A stretch of 64,000 bases of DNA from Phoronis australis (Eukaryota; Animalia; Phoronida), in assembly GCA_002633005.1 (NCBI GenBank), contig NMRA01000610.1, forward strand, positions 185,134-249,133, written 5' to 3'. Shown in pieces: positions 1-15,400 of the stretch (positions are counted from its first letter, which is position 1; each line of letters opens with the position of its first letter). A program made the translations under genes and the position numbers. Under the pieces are notes generated by a model. That model saw nothing but the letters and a program-made list of their open reading frames with translations, searched no databases and was not told the origin of the DNA.

Positions 1-366
1 AAACAAGATAGCAGAAAAAAAAGCAATTAACATGCAGTTCTGTTCTGAGTCAAAATTAAATTACATAACAACAAAATGGAATAGTTATTAAAAAGAAATC
101 TCAAAATTAACATACAGTTACACCTTTTTTTGAAATACATTAAAACAAACGAACCATGATTTCTGAGGAAGCTGACATATAACAAACACTATAAGAATTT
201 TAACATACAAACACTATTTTTGAATTTGAAGGAACATAAAACAAAAAATTAAAACAACTACAATTTTTATTAAATAATTATAATAAAAATTATCAAAAAC
301 TCCACAACGTCTCAATTTACCTATCCTGAGATAATAAACTGTTCAGGTTTGTTAAGGAGACCTTAC

Positions 367-459
367 CTGTCGTGGCAAAGTTAACAGTATCCCATCAAAC
401 AACTGCTGGGTTTCTTGCTGATCTTTGGAAATGTCAGCGTTTTCATGAAGACCAAATAC
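367..459 (-). CDS. dynein exon 66
   Basis: [31 protein letters not shown]; ag/gtaagg. Confidence 0.92.
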
Positions 460-3400
460 CTAGTATGAAGAAAATGGATCATGGAACATCAGAGAAAGTT
501 TGATACTATATATCATGTTTCAGTGAAAAATCATGATTAAATAAAGTTTCACTTCTCAGCCATACTGTGTCCTAAATTGGAGAGATTTTACCAAATGCAT
601 GCCTTGAATAAATGAAAGACAAATTTTTCACATCATGCCGTACCTCGGGATGAGGAGTTAGAGGCAAACTCTTGATGTACTCTAAGTAGCTCTCATACGA
701 CCCCTTCTTGGGTGCGAAGTACTCTCCGCTCTCCGAGAACTTATAGGTGTCGTCCTCAATGACAGCCATGTTGTAAAAGATGGACAGGAGGCTGATGATG
801 AGGCGGCGATCCTTATCGTCCGTCACGCGACCACCGTAATTACACTGGCCCGTCAGGTAGGTGAGGGCCTCTAGTGGTGGGTCATCGTACTCATTGATAA
901 ACATCTGGAAACAACAGTCATGTGGTAATCAATTAGAAGTATTAAGAAGGCACACTGTTGGCGTTCATTGTTGCACAATGTGACATAGTATGCCAGAAGG
1001 ATGGAGGAGACAGTGTGACGCAGTGTTTTGAACTCTGGACCACCGTTTGGGAGACTCGGGTTTGAATCCTTTCTGAACGCAGACAATGGAGCATTGCACA
1101 AAAGTGTCTCCTACTTCTCTGAGCTCGGCCTTTCTAGTGAGTGAATGAAATGCAAGGGAATGAATTAGAACCACTTCGGAATACTCGACTTCGAGTGTGA
1201 AGTGTAAAGATGAGAAAGAAAGAATGGCTTCTGGCTTGTACATAATCACTGGGAAAAAGCAATGTGGCAACACGTTGTTTTATTTATTGTGTCTTTTCCA
1301 TTTCAGACACTTTCAATTAAAATATTTTAACTATTACAATGTGTGTAGTCTGTGGTATCTTGAAAAATGTGTGATCATTGGACGATCTGTTTAAAAACGG
1401 ATTTTCTAATCTAAAAAATCAAACAATTATCTGTTGCCAAAGAATGTACAATAAAAATGTTCATGTCAATCAATGAAGTAAAATATTTAAAATCAGTAAC
1501 ACTCCGAAAGACAGATTCCAACTCATGACCTCAGCAGTCGTAGTGCATTACTTTGCTAGTGGAACTAAAGCACATTTTCAATAGGCTGGTTTGGAAGCCA
1601 ATTACAAGAACTGGGCAACATCTAATAAATCACAAAACACATTCAATTTGTTGTTTTATAGCTCAGGTCCAAGCTAATAAATTCAAAAACTCTATACTCT
1701 CCGACAATAATCACAAAAATGCCATTTTTGACCAAAAAATGAAGCGTTTTCTTTTGCATTTTCATCCAGTGACAAGCAACAATGCCACACAAGTTAACTC
1801 ACCTCCAGCTGACGGACGCTAATCCTGAGATCTGATTCGTTGAATTCATATGGCACATTCCATCCCAAGGGACCAAATTTCCGCCGTTCTTGAATCAAAG
1901 CGTGGAAAAAGCAAAGACCAAAGAGCAACTTTTCAAATACCTGAAACGAGACAATCAACCTGTGACTATGATTGGCCTTGTAACTTGACAGATGTGTCAG
2001 GACCATAAAAAGGTAAGAATTATTGGATTGGGGCACACAGAAAAGTTTGGCCATCTCAATCATTTTTTGGGTTCTGTTGATTCTTTATCACTGCAACAAG
2101 AGGCATTACCTTGAGTTGGGTCTGAAGAAGGTATTGTGCGAAGTACTTACCTTAAGTTAGATCGGACTGGATGGTATTGCACAAGGACACAACTATCGAG
2201 TTGGATTTGTTTGAAACGCTTATGCATTTGATATCTTAGAAAATTTAATGTACTACACGATGCACTTACATCAGTTTGGATTTGCATGTAGGGTATAACA
2301 TGAGGCACTAACCACGGAATTGATTTCCTTGGATGGTATTAAGAAAGGCACTTACCCAGGTTTAAATTGGTTGATAGATATTACATGAAGCATTATTTTA
2401 CACTTATGCACTATAATATGCACTATATTTTTGATTTACGTTGCACCGAGTCTACTCAAACCCCTCACCTTGGGCTTGTTGCAGCCATTAAAGAACTGTG
2501 GATCTGAGATAGGGTCGTTCAAATATGATCGTAAGAGATTGGCCCTTAGCCCTTTTGGCGGCTCATTGGTCATTTTCACGCTGTTTTGTAACACAGACAC
2601 TGGGAAATCTGGTGACGGATAACTAGTCAACCACAGACGAAAGTTGACGTGAGTCTTGGAGGCATCGGTGATGACCTACAAGAGAAGACATGTCATGAAT
2701 ATTCACGTCTCGAATTTACAAAAAAAAACAAAAATGCGAACTTCTGAGCAGCATTGACCACAACATTCTAAATTTAACAATCATTGAAACTGAGACATTC
2801 ATTTTATACAATATCAAAAAAAAGAGCGTAATCATAATTATGCAGATTTTTCACTAATATATGAATTGGTGGTAAGTATGAAACGATCCATACAAGTTTC
2901 TGTCATTACTTCTTGGTTTCGAATTACTCTCGTTTCTAAAAGTTTTATTTAATTTGAACTACATCATGAAAGGCACTTGAACAAATTACAGGAAACCCCT
3001 TCAATCCAATTTAGCACTGCCATAACTCGCACCACTCACCGTCTCACATATTCGTTGCAAGTCACCCAACCACGATGCCGCCAGGTGGCAGTTCTGCAGC
3101 ACAACCCATGTTCCAGCTTGGATAGCCTAAAATGAATGCTCAAAATTGAGACATTGAAGACATTATAACATCAAACAAAATTCTGATGAAATATGGCAGA
3201 TCAAGAGAACAAGAACAGCACTACAGCATGATATGGTAGATAATTGTTTCACAGTGTTGAACTTTGCAACAAACATTTCCCACAAGTTTTCAAAAAAACT
3301 CTACCTGTGCGACATACTATTATCTGCTTAGTATTTTTACGAATAGAGAGACCACAAGGGGGCGCATTAATTAATACTGAGATCACTAGCAAGACACTTC

Positions 3401-6400
3401 CTTGAATAGACCAGAGAGTTAACTGTCTTACAAACTCTTTCCTCTCAAAATTTAGCATAACATTCCAAAATAGCTGTCCAGTCACTTTCAGTGTCTATCA
3501 TGCAACTGCAAGTTTGTAAGGTCGCGAGTTGACTCGCGCAACTCTTAGCATTATCTCAGTGCCCAAAAGAAACCTGAGCTTTAGTGAACACCCCCTGTTG
3601 ACACTACTTCACACTAGCACAAAACAGACAAACAACACTTGTCTGCCTACGCAAACAGAAACACTTAAATACCTCATTGATCATTTTTTCGGCAATAGGA
3701 CCTTGACCTTGGCCGAGAGAGATGGTCTTGAGTCTGGATCCTCCCATTCCTGAATAAACAAGTTTTTGCGTGCATCAAGATATTTCATACTAATCATTAC
3801 CTTAATGCACAAAAACGGGTGATGGCACTCTTGACGATATAGTTCTCCAAGTGTGACATTAAACATGATTTCAAGGGAAATGCAAGTTTACAACATAAAG
3901 TGCAAAATTTGTGCAGTAAATTCACAAAAATATCTGCAACGAATGACATCCCTTTCTAATTAATATCGGAAACAGTTTTGATTGACTTTCAGTTAAAATA
4001 TAGTAACCCAAAACATTAACAAATTATTACAGTACCAAAAAATCGTGATGTTAAAACAAACCTGAAGCAAGTTGCCAAGGTTACAACAACAATGTGCAAT
4101 TTGTGCTTTAATCCAATTTTCCCAAAACCTGCATAACAAATTAAAGTGCAGTGCTGGGCATGTGCAAAGCAGGATACTGCCTAATCCAGATTTCTCAAAC
4201 GAGTTCAATTAAACTCAACATAAATTTCTTATAAGTTTCAGCCATACTAGGAACACACGCAAAATACCAGAATGAAGACAACCAGGGAAGTCTAATTCTT
4301 CATATTCAATGGGTGGGTTGACCAGAAGATTTAGTGCTCACTAGTAGACAACTTGCCAGAGACCTAACAGTACAGCCAAGGCTACTGTAACGTCATACAG
4401 GAATTAATAACATCCATTTGTTAAACCAGAGAGTTGTAAATTTAGCTGGCAAATACCTCATGGGGCAGAACTTCCCCATGAAATGCGCTGTGAAAATGAC
4501 CCTTTCAATTAAAAAGTTTGCGTTAAGTTCAATTGAAATTCCAGAAAAGGTTCCAGTTTCTTCACTTCTTATCTGATTTCCACCTTAAAAACACAGTTTG
4601 ATGGCATATGCAGTATGTTGAGTAAGTATATTAGGCAGATAAACAATAACCATGTGACCTGCTGGGTGCAAGTGCAGGGATTACAGCTGCAAATCAGAAA
4701 GTGTGGATCATACACTTGGACATGCAATACAACAGACACGAGGGGCGGGGCTTAGAGCAAGGTCCGTTTTGGAAGGGGAGGGGCTTCATAAAAATGCATA
4801 GAAGGGATGGGCTAGTAATGACGGGAAGGTCCATTATGGTCGGGATGTCAGAGTGCAAATAGAGGGTAGAGTTCATTAGCATTCTCGCAACTTGAAAAAC
4901 AGGTAGTAGCTAAAATCGTGACTGTGTTTCCTTTAAAAGACGAAAAGGCAATATCTTCCAAAGTCTTGCTTTTCTAGCGAGGTCCAAGTGTTATTGAACT
5001 CTACCAAGCATCAGGGAGGGGCTTGGAATAGGGGAAGGTTTAAAGAAGGGAAGTCATAGAGTGCTGCAATACACATGGGGACAGGCTCGGGATAGGGCCA
5101 ACATCTGAAGAAGAATAGAGAATTCAATACAGACATGCACACAAGGAGTTGGGCTTGAGATATGGGCAAGGTTCATTGTAGAAGGCAAGTTACATATAGT
5201 TAGATGGAGTGCTCAACATAGACATGTACACAAGCAGTGAAGCCCGAGATATGGGCAAGGTCCATTGTAATAGGGATGTTATATGTAGTTAGATGGAGTG
5301 CTCAACACATACACAAGGTCAAGGGGTAGAGCTTGAAATATGGGCAAGGTGAATTGTAGAAGGTAAGTAAGAGTGCTTAACACAGACATGTGCACAAGGC
5401 ATGGGGCTTGAGTCATGGGCAAGGTCCATTGTGGAAGGGGGGGGGGTTAGGTGGAGTGCTGGTCACATACTGGCGATGCGTTCTTGATTAATGGCATCCT
5501 GACCAAGAACAAGTGCCGTGTTGGACTTCAGCTGGTGGCTGGTGTTCGTGCGGGTTTGCAAACTGCGAGGAATTAGACCTAGACAGGGTGGATAACTCCA
5601 AACTGTTAGTGCTTGTGGTCAAAGTCTTCATCAAACAAAGCTGAACACATGGTGGCTAAACGATCAAACTGAAAGTCAGTAATGAAATGGTATATTGCAA
5701 AACAGGAATCGGAACGTTCACGCAGCCACACAAACAGGGAAAGAATCACTAGTATTGAAACAGAACATTAAGCTGTTGTTAAAAACACCACACACAGTAA
5801 ATATGGCATGGTTCAGCCCAAGTAAATCCAACATAAAAAGAAACCAGGTTATGAATTTGCTTCGTGATAACAATTTGTAGAATTAATAACAATACACTTT
5901 ATTTTGAATTAAGTTATTACGAAAGCAATCTAGTTTTCTAAACACACACAACTTGTTTCACACAGTCACCAATAAGATGTAAAAGTTAAGTGTAATATTC
6001 ACACACAAAACTACCAACACTCGTAGACAAAACAAGCCAAATGTACCTTTTTCTTCAGCAAATTTATACAAGCCAGCCATTGGATCAGCTCCAGGAGACA
6101 GAACGAATATCATTGGTGTAAAGAACTGCGAATCCTTGAAGCTGATTGTCAGGTCAAAGGTCGGAGGTTCAATGTACTGCTGGCTCATGTTGGCAACAAT
6201 GAAAGCCTGTGCTGCTGGCACCATCTGTGGTGAAAAAGTAGAAATGACAGTAACGACAAAATGGCCGACTACGTAACTGATGATTCAGAGTGGGCAGTTA
6301 GCACAAGGCAGAGATGCGACACTGCATGAATCAGCTCAAGGAAACTGAAAGATGAACAATGTGATTCTTAATATGACCAATTTCTCACCTGTTCAAGCAA

Positions 6401-9400
6401 TTATTTCATCGAAGAAATTCAAAATATTAATGTTCAGCTGCTGAAACGTATGAAACCCACAACAGCTCATTTTCGAAAATTGCTGACATTTGACAGCAGA
6501 TTCATTTGATCACATTTCATTCTCAAGCACTGGCAACAATCTGAGGATTCAATTTTGGCAACCCAGCTGCCAAAAAGGACTACAGGCTTACTCAATAAGT
6601 TTCTTTAATTACTTTTATTAAAGTTTCAGCCTGTGTTCAACATGGTTTCAAAAAGTTACTGACAACATTTTTGAAAGAAACAAAAAATAGTACCAACTAC
6701 AAAACAGAATCCACTCGCTTCAAAACTATCAAACCAAAAGCGCATAAGCTGAAAACAAAGCAGTCAATGCAAATTAGACTACAACTAGAACCACAATCTG
6801 AAAATACCTTATCTGGTCTCAAACACCGTAGTACTATCAGTTTTTGCAGCCGGTTGAGTTTCTCATCCCAGGGTTCGGGTAATGGTTCAGTGTCTGGGGT
6901 CGTGGAGTCATAAATCTTCTTCCATAAACTTGTCTAAAACAAAAAGTGGTTAGGTAAAGAAAAATGCACTAAAAAGTAAAATTTCTCAATAAAGAACGTA
7001 ATCGTGACATTAGAGTTTCGTTGAGATTTGGCTCAATCCAGCTTCAAAGCCAGTCTTTCATAAAACATGACGGATTGAGCAATTTTAAACATTGGAAACT
7101 TAGAAAACTATTTTGGACTAAGGACTACTAACATTTTGCTTAAAATGTTCCATAAAGCCCCGGAAAGCTGGTAAGTCAGAAGCTCTGACAATCTCCGCCC
7201 ATGATTTCTCAGTCAGCCAATCAGCTGCAGGATTCAGGAAGGGATTCTCCAAAGCCACACCTCCTGTCAATAAGAATCTCCACTCTCTGTCATCCACCTG
7301 TCCTCTGGAAAGTTTCAAAGATTGAGTGGTTAAAACAAGCTAATATCAAGCAATTAATTTTATACATGGGAAAATATTCACTCATCCAGGTGCAGCAGGG
7401 ATGCGAAAAAATCTGGTCGACATAAAACTTGAACTTCCTGCTTGAATTATTTCCCAGTCATTTACTGTTCTTGGATCATGAACTATGACTGATGAATGAA
7501 TTTTGCCGAGCCTAAAAGCACATTTCAGGTTGGACTATTCGAGTCCAATAGGGGATAATAAAGCAATTGCTTTGTCAGCCAGGACCATAATCCCTCGGTT
7601 AAGCTGCATTCAACTGGGATATTTGTACGACTAAGAGCAAGGTTCACAAAGCACAGATTTCAATGACCATGTGCGTCAATTTCACACGGCCTATCATGTG
7701 TAACTGACACCGATGATTTACAAACGTTCGAAAAATTCTAAACCACTATGTCGATTAATTACTCCCCCAGTCCAAAATGGAACAATGTCAGATGATTCTT
7801 GTATTGAGTGCAAAATCCATAAGTCAACAGCGCACAATGTCATTCAGTTAAATTTCATTTTATCTAATGAACTGTGCAGAACGGGGCAACTTTGGTGATG
7901 TGCTGAAATTACAACTAGATGCCAAAACAAATTAAACACAATGAATTCTGGAACAGGCTGCATGCTAGCCTTCCATAGGTGTCCCACAAGCAAAATGTAA
8001 CAAAGCAACGTTCTTGTCGACAAGTTTCCGTATCTTACTGGTTTAAGCCCATTGGCTGTAATTGGGTAGTTTCAAAAACAAGGGGTGTACTTATATGCAA
8101 TAACAACCCAATATTCAGGGGAGGGTCTTTACGTGGCAGTGGGCTTACACCAGAGCTTGATACGTCAGAGGTACAACTAGATCCACTACCAAAGGTAACT
8201 TACTCTCCCTTAAGAATTCCTATACAGAGTATAAACGAGAAGAGCAGCTTGTCTTTCTCAAACAGTGACCGACACACGTTCTGATAGATACTGTACGTGA
8301 AGTGTTTGTTCAGGTTGAAGATTCTCTGCTCCAGTTCATTGGACGGCTCACTATTGTCAATAGACTGGAAATAAGGAACAGCATTATTATTTTTACTAAT
8401 TTTATTTCAGAATAATTTCAATGTATGAAATTAAGCCAGCAAATCCTGGCAACATTGACAGTATTAACATTTACAGCAAGAAAATATAACAAGTTAGATA
8501 TTGTCTTACACAATGGTGGATGTTTTTTCTGCACCACACAACACCAAATGCTACAAAATTATACAGTAAAATCTCACTAGTTTTGGACAAATTATCCGCC
8601 AAATCTGTCCAGACTTCTCACAAGATTGTAATGTAAGTGCCCACAACTCTTAATAATATCACACGATGGTATCCACAGCTATAGAAATTCCCAAATCTTG
8701 AAGCATTAACATAAATGTGGTGCTCCTTGTCACGTACGAAAAAAAGAAAAACAGTAATTATTTTTCATTTAACGTCAGTATCCAACATTGTTGAGGTTTC
8801 ACCGTGGTGCCAACTAATACTGCAAAACCCAAGTCCATTTTGGACAGGTGTGACATCTTCTCAAATGACTTACCTGAAGATACAGGTTAATGAACCAGGT
8901 GAGAGAGTATTGATACATGGGGTCAATGTTGGCCAGGTCAGATATACTGAAGAACAGTATACTCCCATGTTTGGCCACCGGTTTATACCCGTTCCTCACG
9001 TCATCAATTTCACGCTCCGTCTTGCTAGCAATCTCCTGTTTTGCTGCGATCTCCTCAGACAACACTTTGCTGGAGGAAAGGATCTCGATGGCGGTCTCGT
9101 CTTCTAAAATGTTTCCCTGTTGGAAAACAGAAAATTCATTGTGAACTTTGGTGCAATCTCATCTATGAGGACATTTTTGGTGAGTGACATGTATGCATCT
9201 TGGAAATTAAACACAGTTGACATAAATGTTCTACTTCTAGTCAATTTTCCAAATAGCTCATGTGTGGAAATGAAAATTTCTGCCAAAATACTAAGTGAAT
9301 CAGCGCCTGAATTGGAAAAAGTGTGAATTGTTTCAATAGGTACCACTAATGAATGCAAAAAACTGGTCTTCTGTACACTTCATGATGCTTTGATGTATGG

Positions 9401-12400
9401 CAGACAAAGAAAAAATGCTAGTTTGCTAATGGAAAGAAATTAAATTCCCAGACACACTCAATCACAAAAGCGGGTGTCCCTGAATGCCATATTGTTTTGC
9501 TTTTTCTTGTGTCATCACAGGGCAAAAACTATGTTAACATACAGTTCACAATAAAAATAGCCAGACAAAAATTATCAAGAATTCACCCAATGTGACAACA
9601 AGCTGCATTTGCCATACTTTTAGCTTAGTACAAGTAGAATTCACCATGGCCAGAGAAGCCGGAATGAGGGGTCATGGCTCGTCAGTTCCACTCAAACAGA
9701 ACAAGTTCCAAGCCAACTTGAGTTTAATGACCGGTAGCCCTGCATCGCAGAAGAAAAAACACGTGACTCGATCAAACTTGCCAAGTGCTGGACCTGTTCC
9801 AGCACCAGAACAGTTCCAAGAGGCATCAGACTCACGGTGGAGTCGTTACCCAAGACCTAAGCGGTGGGAGAAGGGAAGGGTGGTTCCGACTCACCTGCGA
9901 TGAAGATAACACCTCCAGTATCTTGTCCTCTATCTCCTTCAGCTGCCGTCGGTTCTTGGCACTCTCCAGGATCAACTGGTTTTTCTTCTCCTCCAGTTCA
10001 GGCTTCTCCTTGGCTGCCACCGTCCCCAACAGCTGGTCCTCTAGTCCCATTGGTGTGATCATGAAGTTAAGCAGAGTCACCTGGAGGAGGATAACAAAAA
10101 TGTTGGGGTAAAATTTATTCAATCTGGGACAAAACAGTTGCTAAAATCGTAGAAGATAGACAACACAGTTGCAACTTTGATATTTTCACGTGGAATTTCC
10201 AGCAGAGAAGATACTTTCTAATTAGCAAGTAGACAGCTAACTTGCTGGAAGTAAAACTGTGACTTACAAAAGGTGGCAGTGACGTCACGGCACCATATCT
10301 TAAATGTCAATTGTCATATAGTGTTTGATTTTACTTTATTTCTGTTTCTGTTGACAGAGGTCGTTCTTACATCCGAAAATTTCAGTTGATCCATTCTGAC
10401 TTGTTGTTTTATTTACCTATTTATATTCTACATTTCGTGAAACAATAGTAACCTTGGGAGGATCTGGATCGCCTTATTTAGTTTCAGATTTATTTTCTAC
10501 GTTACATATTCTACAAAAAATGACTATCATTATCAATTATAGCATCTAGCAAAAAGAGCATATACTGCATTGTACTTACCTTCACGGACACCTCAGGCAG
10601 GTAGTGTGGGTTGCGGAGACTGGTGGTGATGTAGAACTTGAAGTCTTTACTGTACTCAACCACCTGGTCACCGATTCTGATGTAGTCAACGCTATTCTGA
10701 AATACAGATTGAGGAAAACATGTCAGAAAGAATGGAACCGTGTGGTGCTAGTCTGCCTTAGGACCCGTCTCAAATTTTCAACAATTTCCAGTGACTGCAA
10801 ATCCTCTAATCTACTGATGAATCAGATCTAGTTGTCCATTGAATGACAATAATAGGGGCTTGGCGACCTGTCTCCATTCTAGTACACGAGTCTGTGAGTG
10901 AGAGATCACAGCATATAGACATTGACCAAGTCGAATCACTATACAGGTACCATCCCTTAACTATTATTATATCTGTTCAGAACAACTTTGCCTGATGTAA
11001 TTTTTGACAATTCATCGCTACCTGTTTGAATGTCTGTTTCAACAGTACTGGCTGCAACAAGGGGTCTAGTTCTTCTCCAACATTCTCCAGCAGACAGGGG
11101 TTGCCAAATTGTAGACAGTTCTCCAGGGTCCTGACATAGTTAGGGTCGCTCATTTTAATGATCGCCAGCTTGTTCGATTTCTCCATGTTCTTGACCCATT
11201 TAGACGCCTGACCCTGGGGGTCAATCATCAGAGGCCAGCGGTTGCCCGATGTGACAATGATGCCATTGTCAACTGAGAAGCTAAAATAAAGGATTGGTAT
11301 CAAGATCTCAACGCTGCAGAAATTGAAAATAAATCACTAGAAAAAGGAACCATAGAGTAACACTTTTGTTCAAAACATCTGAATGAATTGTTCATCAGAG
11401 ATAACAACCAAGATATCAGTCGTTTAATAAATATCTGAAATTTTACTAATAAGTAACTAAAGAAATTTCTCTTCATCAGCAACAGTTTAATAAGCTTTAC
11501 AAGAAACAAAAAAACAAGATGATATACGCACTCAAGGAACTCCATTATAACCTAATTCAACTTTTAAATTATTAATCGCACTAATAAATAATAAATTCAA
11601 ATCAATGTAGTCACATCACACAACAGAATCAAAGACAGAGGATGGTGGCGCAGACCTTATTCACGCTGTCATCATTTCAAAAGGAGCCTCTTTTTAGGTT
11701 TAAAAAACAATACAATGAGACATAAATATAACGAAGCATGTGAAAATAATCAAGTTTTGCACTGTGATTAAGCGCAACTTACATTGTTTTTAAAATCTAA
11801 ACGGAGGCTCTTTGTAACATGGCGACTGCGTGAATAAGGTGTATGGAATCAGATGCAATGGTCACTTGAAACAACTGTTAACCCAGTACCTGTCAACGGG
11901 GAGACCGGCGATATTCCAGTCACGGATCTTTACAGGATCGCCGAGCGTGTTCGACAGCGAGAAGTTCTCTGACAGGGGAATGCCTTTCTCCTTACACATA
12001 TCATACCACTCCTTGAGACACTCCTGGCGATATGCCAAGATGAACGGACCTAGATACGCCACCACGCTGGCCGACAACAGGACGTCGCCCACGATGTTGT
12101 CGTAGGTGTCGGTCAGCGTCTGCACGTTGTGTGTCCACCGTTCTTTTTCACCGCCCAGTCCGCTGATCAGTTTCTCCGCGCGAATAATCTTGACCTTGGT
12201 GAGCTCAATGTTGGCCTCCAGATTCTGAAGGGTATTTTTTAATATTTGGCTTTAGAATTGAATAATAGTTTTCAAAAAATAATTGACTATGGTTCCTGTC
12301 ATCATAAATTCATCTTGATAAAATTTCCAAGAAAAAATTTCCCGCTAATTTTCAAAAGGATTAAGCTTTCTAATTTTTAGAACAAGTTTCTTTCAGATTT

Positions 12401-15400
12401 TCATCTTAACTTCAATGAAGCCAGACCACTTTTGATGAAAATGGCCAACTACTATGAAAACTACAAGAGTTCACAAAATGTTTTGAGAATGGCCAAGGAT
12501 TGGTATGGACCGCCGACATATCACTCAAGAAAGTACTTTTCAGTCAATAATAAAACAATAGACTAAACATAACACTACACTGCAATGATAACTATGAAAT
12601 GCCTTGGTTAAAAGACCATCAACTATGAATGTTGTCTAGTCAGCACTAAGCTAACTGAGAGTTGGTGGAGAAAGATGATGTTGTAGGATCAAAGCAGAAA
12701 ACTTGAAGTCTCCATTTTCGTACCATCTTTCTGAATAAACAAGACATACTACCTCTTACTAAAGATGTACATATTAAGTTTTCGCAACATCAAAATCAAA
12801 ATTCTCAATCACTCACTTCTTTCTCTTGTTTCTTCATGCGGAAGTTTTCGTTCAGTGCGTCCATCTTGTCGGTCACCACCTTCAGCTCTTTTCGTTTCTC
12901 CGCCAACTTGTCCATCTGACCCTTCAACGCCGACATGGCGGCTGCAAGACTCTCCTGCGGTGAAAATGAAATAATTGAAATTATGAAGGACATTCACAAA
13001 GTGCGCAGACCATGATTACTCCATCATACATACTAGGTGTCCTACTACAAGATCTTCATCTGATTCAGTTAAACCCATAGAGCACCTCCCTTACGTTCAC
13101 AACACATAGGAGTCAAATTTAAAAAAGCCACATCGTACATTTCCAAAAATTAAAATAATATTTGAAATTTTTCTGTCAGATGACTGTATTAAAACAAAAA
13201 AGTACATGCCAGTGTCACCAGTAGTTCCAAACGTATAGGCATGATACTATTTGCAGGTTACATTTCACCCCGTTTATCTGGCTAAACTTAAAATTTAATT
13301 TAATTACTAGGCAATTTTAATCACCATAAAATAAGTGTTACAATCAGCCAAAATGCAGGACCACAAATTCCAAAACATTTTCTTGAGTCACTTGTAAATA
13401 ACAGAACAAAATCCTATCACAGTATGGAAAACTATGAGACCGATTTAATAAGAGTAGAAAGCCCAATATAAATTTTTAATTTTTAACCAACAAAGCATGA
13501 TCAACTACAGCTTTAAGAGGCACAATATATCGCATTACAAAAATCACCAACAAAACAAGCTCAATGCAAACTATTTTTAATGAGCACAGTGTCATGTTCA
13601 AGAGTGAAGAAAACAGCATACCTTTTTAGGGGCCACGACCTTCGCAACCTGGTCATAGACCTCCAACGCAAGGACCCACTTGCACATACCCTCACACGCC
13701 GAGGACACCTTTTGGATGATCTCTGGCTTGAACTCCGAGTTCGTCACATAATCTTTGCGAATCTTGTTCATCACCGCTACGGGGATGTTGTCTTTGTCGT
13801 AATCCTTCAGCGACTCCAAGAACTTCATGTCGCCAAGCATCTAGTCAGAGAAGAATGAAAAGTTAAGTCCAACACAGATTAATCTCATCAAAGATTTTGG
13901 ACAGCCAAAGAAGGGAAACAAAAATAGAGAGACATTCGGCAAAAATGAGAAGAGATCATAAGATCAATATTTTCAAAACCACCTGTATTTTATCTACAAT
14001 TCTAGTAGATGGAAGGGCATTCTTTTAAACCACCATTAATATTTTGTGTGGTACCATGAATTGGACAGAGAACCTGAAGATTTTGAAGAGGTGGGCAGTT
14101 TCAAATTACTAAATGTAGGTCATTTAATTAGTAATACCTTTTTGGCTGCAGGCCAGTAGTCGTCGTATGGTTTGCCTCTGTCATCTGTTTTCCTCTCGGG
14201 TTTGATACCCTGTAAAAATATCATAACAGATTTTATACCTTCCTTTTCGTCCATCTTCAATATCTAACACGGACCGTAACACACAAGTTAACACAGATAT
14301 GGCATTTGCATGCTTTGTTCATGGTGCAAACACTGAAAACGGTCATGCTGCCATGTTATCGTCATACTGAATAAGAGAATTGGCCAAAACAACAGTGGTT
14401 CTGCAAAATCTGATATCAATACTGGTCAATGAAACTTTGCTAAATTCTAGGCATGAGGACCAACATCATGTTATAACCTTTTATCTGGATATTGCAGCCC
14501 AACAGAAACTCAACTTGAACTTTATAAAGAAGACATCCACTTTTTTGTAGAAACCGTTTCACACACTTGGTCTATAAGACTTAGATGGTGTTCACTTGTC
14601 TTTATGTCAGTTTAGTGGAGACAAGACGACAGACAAACCTTCATGATACAGATGGCTTCCATGACGAGTTTGACACCAGACGGCGGATTTGTCATGGTCT
14701 TCACGAGACTGATGTCATTTTGTTTGAGTGTGTTCAGAGCAGCAATGGCAGCATTCAGAGCCGGCATGGCTTCAGCAAGTTTAGCTTCACATTCATCCTA
14801 CAATAAAAGTACATTCATCAACCAATAGTAAGCAAGATTATACAGACTGGGTCCAGAGTTCATTCTCTGTGTCTGCTCAAAAACCCCACATCTATAAATA
14901 AGTTAACGTGATCAACAAGAAAACCCGCAACTCCATGGCTCATGCAGACACAACCTCTTCATACCAAATACCCATCACCTCGTCAAACATTGAATAAAAC
15001 TTTGTAGTGTTTTAATCAGTTCATACAGCACCACACTATATCGTCCACCATGCCGTTCCAAGTTACACCTTGTATCTTGAACATATAGCCTGACAGATTT
15101 ATTAGCCAAAAAAATTTCAGAGCAAAAGAAACTACGACTCAGCCAAATACCTTCTGTGGAATGTTTGGGTTGCATATTGCTTCACACTACGTTCATACAC
15201 CACCGTACACACCACCTTTAGAGTCAATGACTACTTAGCATTTTTTTGCACCACATGACACCTTGCTGCAACATGCATCACTGCGTTGGACTTCACCCTA
15301 ATAGCATGTGATTCCATTGCCACCTATTGACCAACACATGCTGCACCTTACCATTGCTAAACCACATTGCATCTCACCTCTATAGCCAATGATTCCATGG

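Noticed and set aside
4062-4487. Pseudo-exons 4457-4487 (31 nt, small hairpin) and 4062-4128 (67 nt)
   Set aside because: Neither alone nor together preserves the frame.
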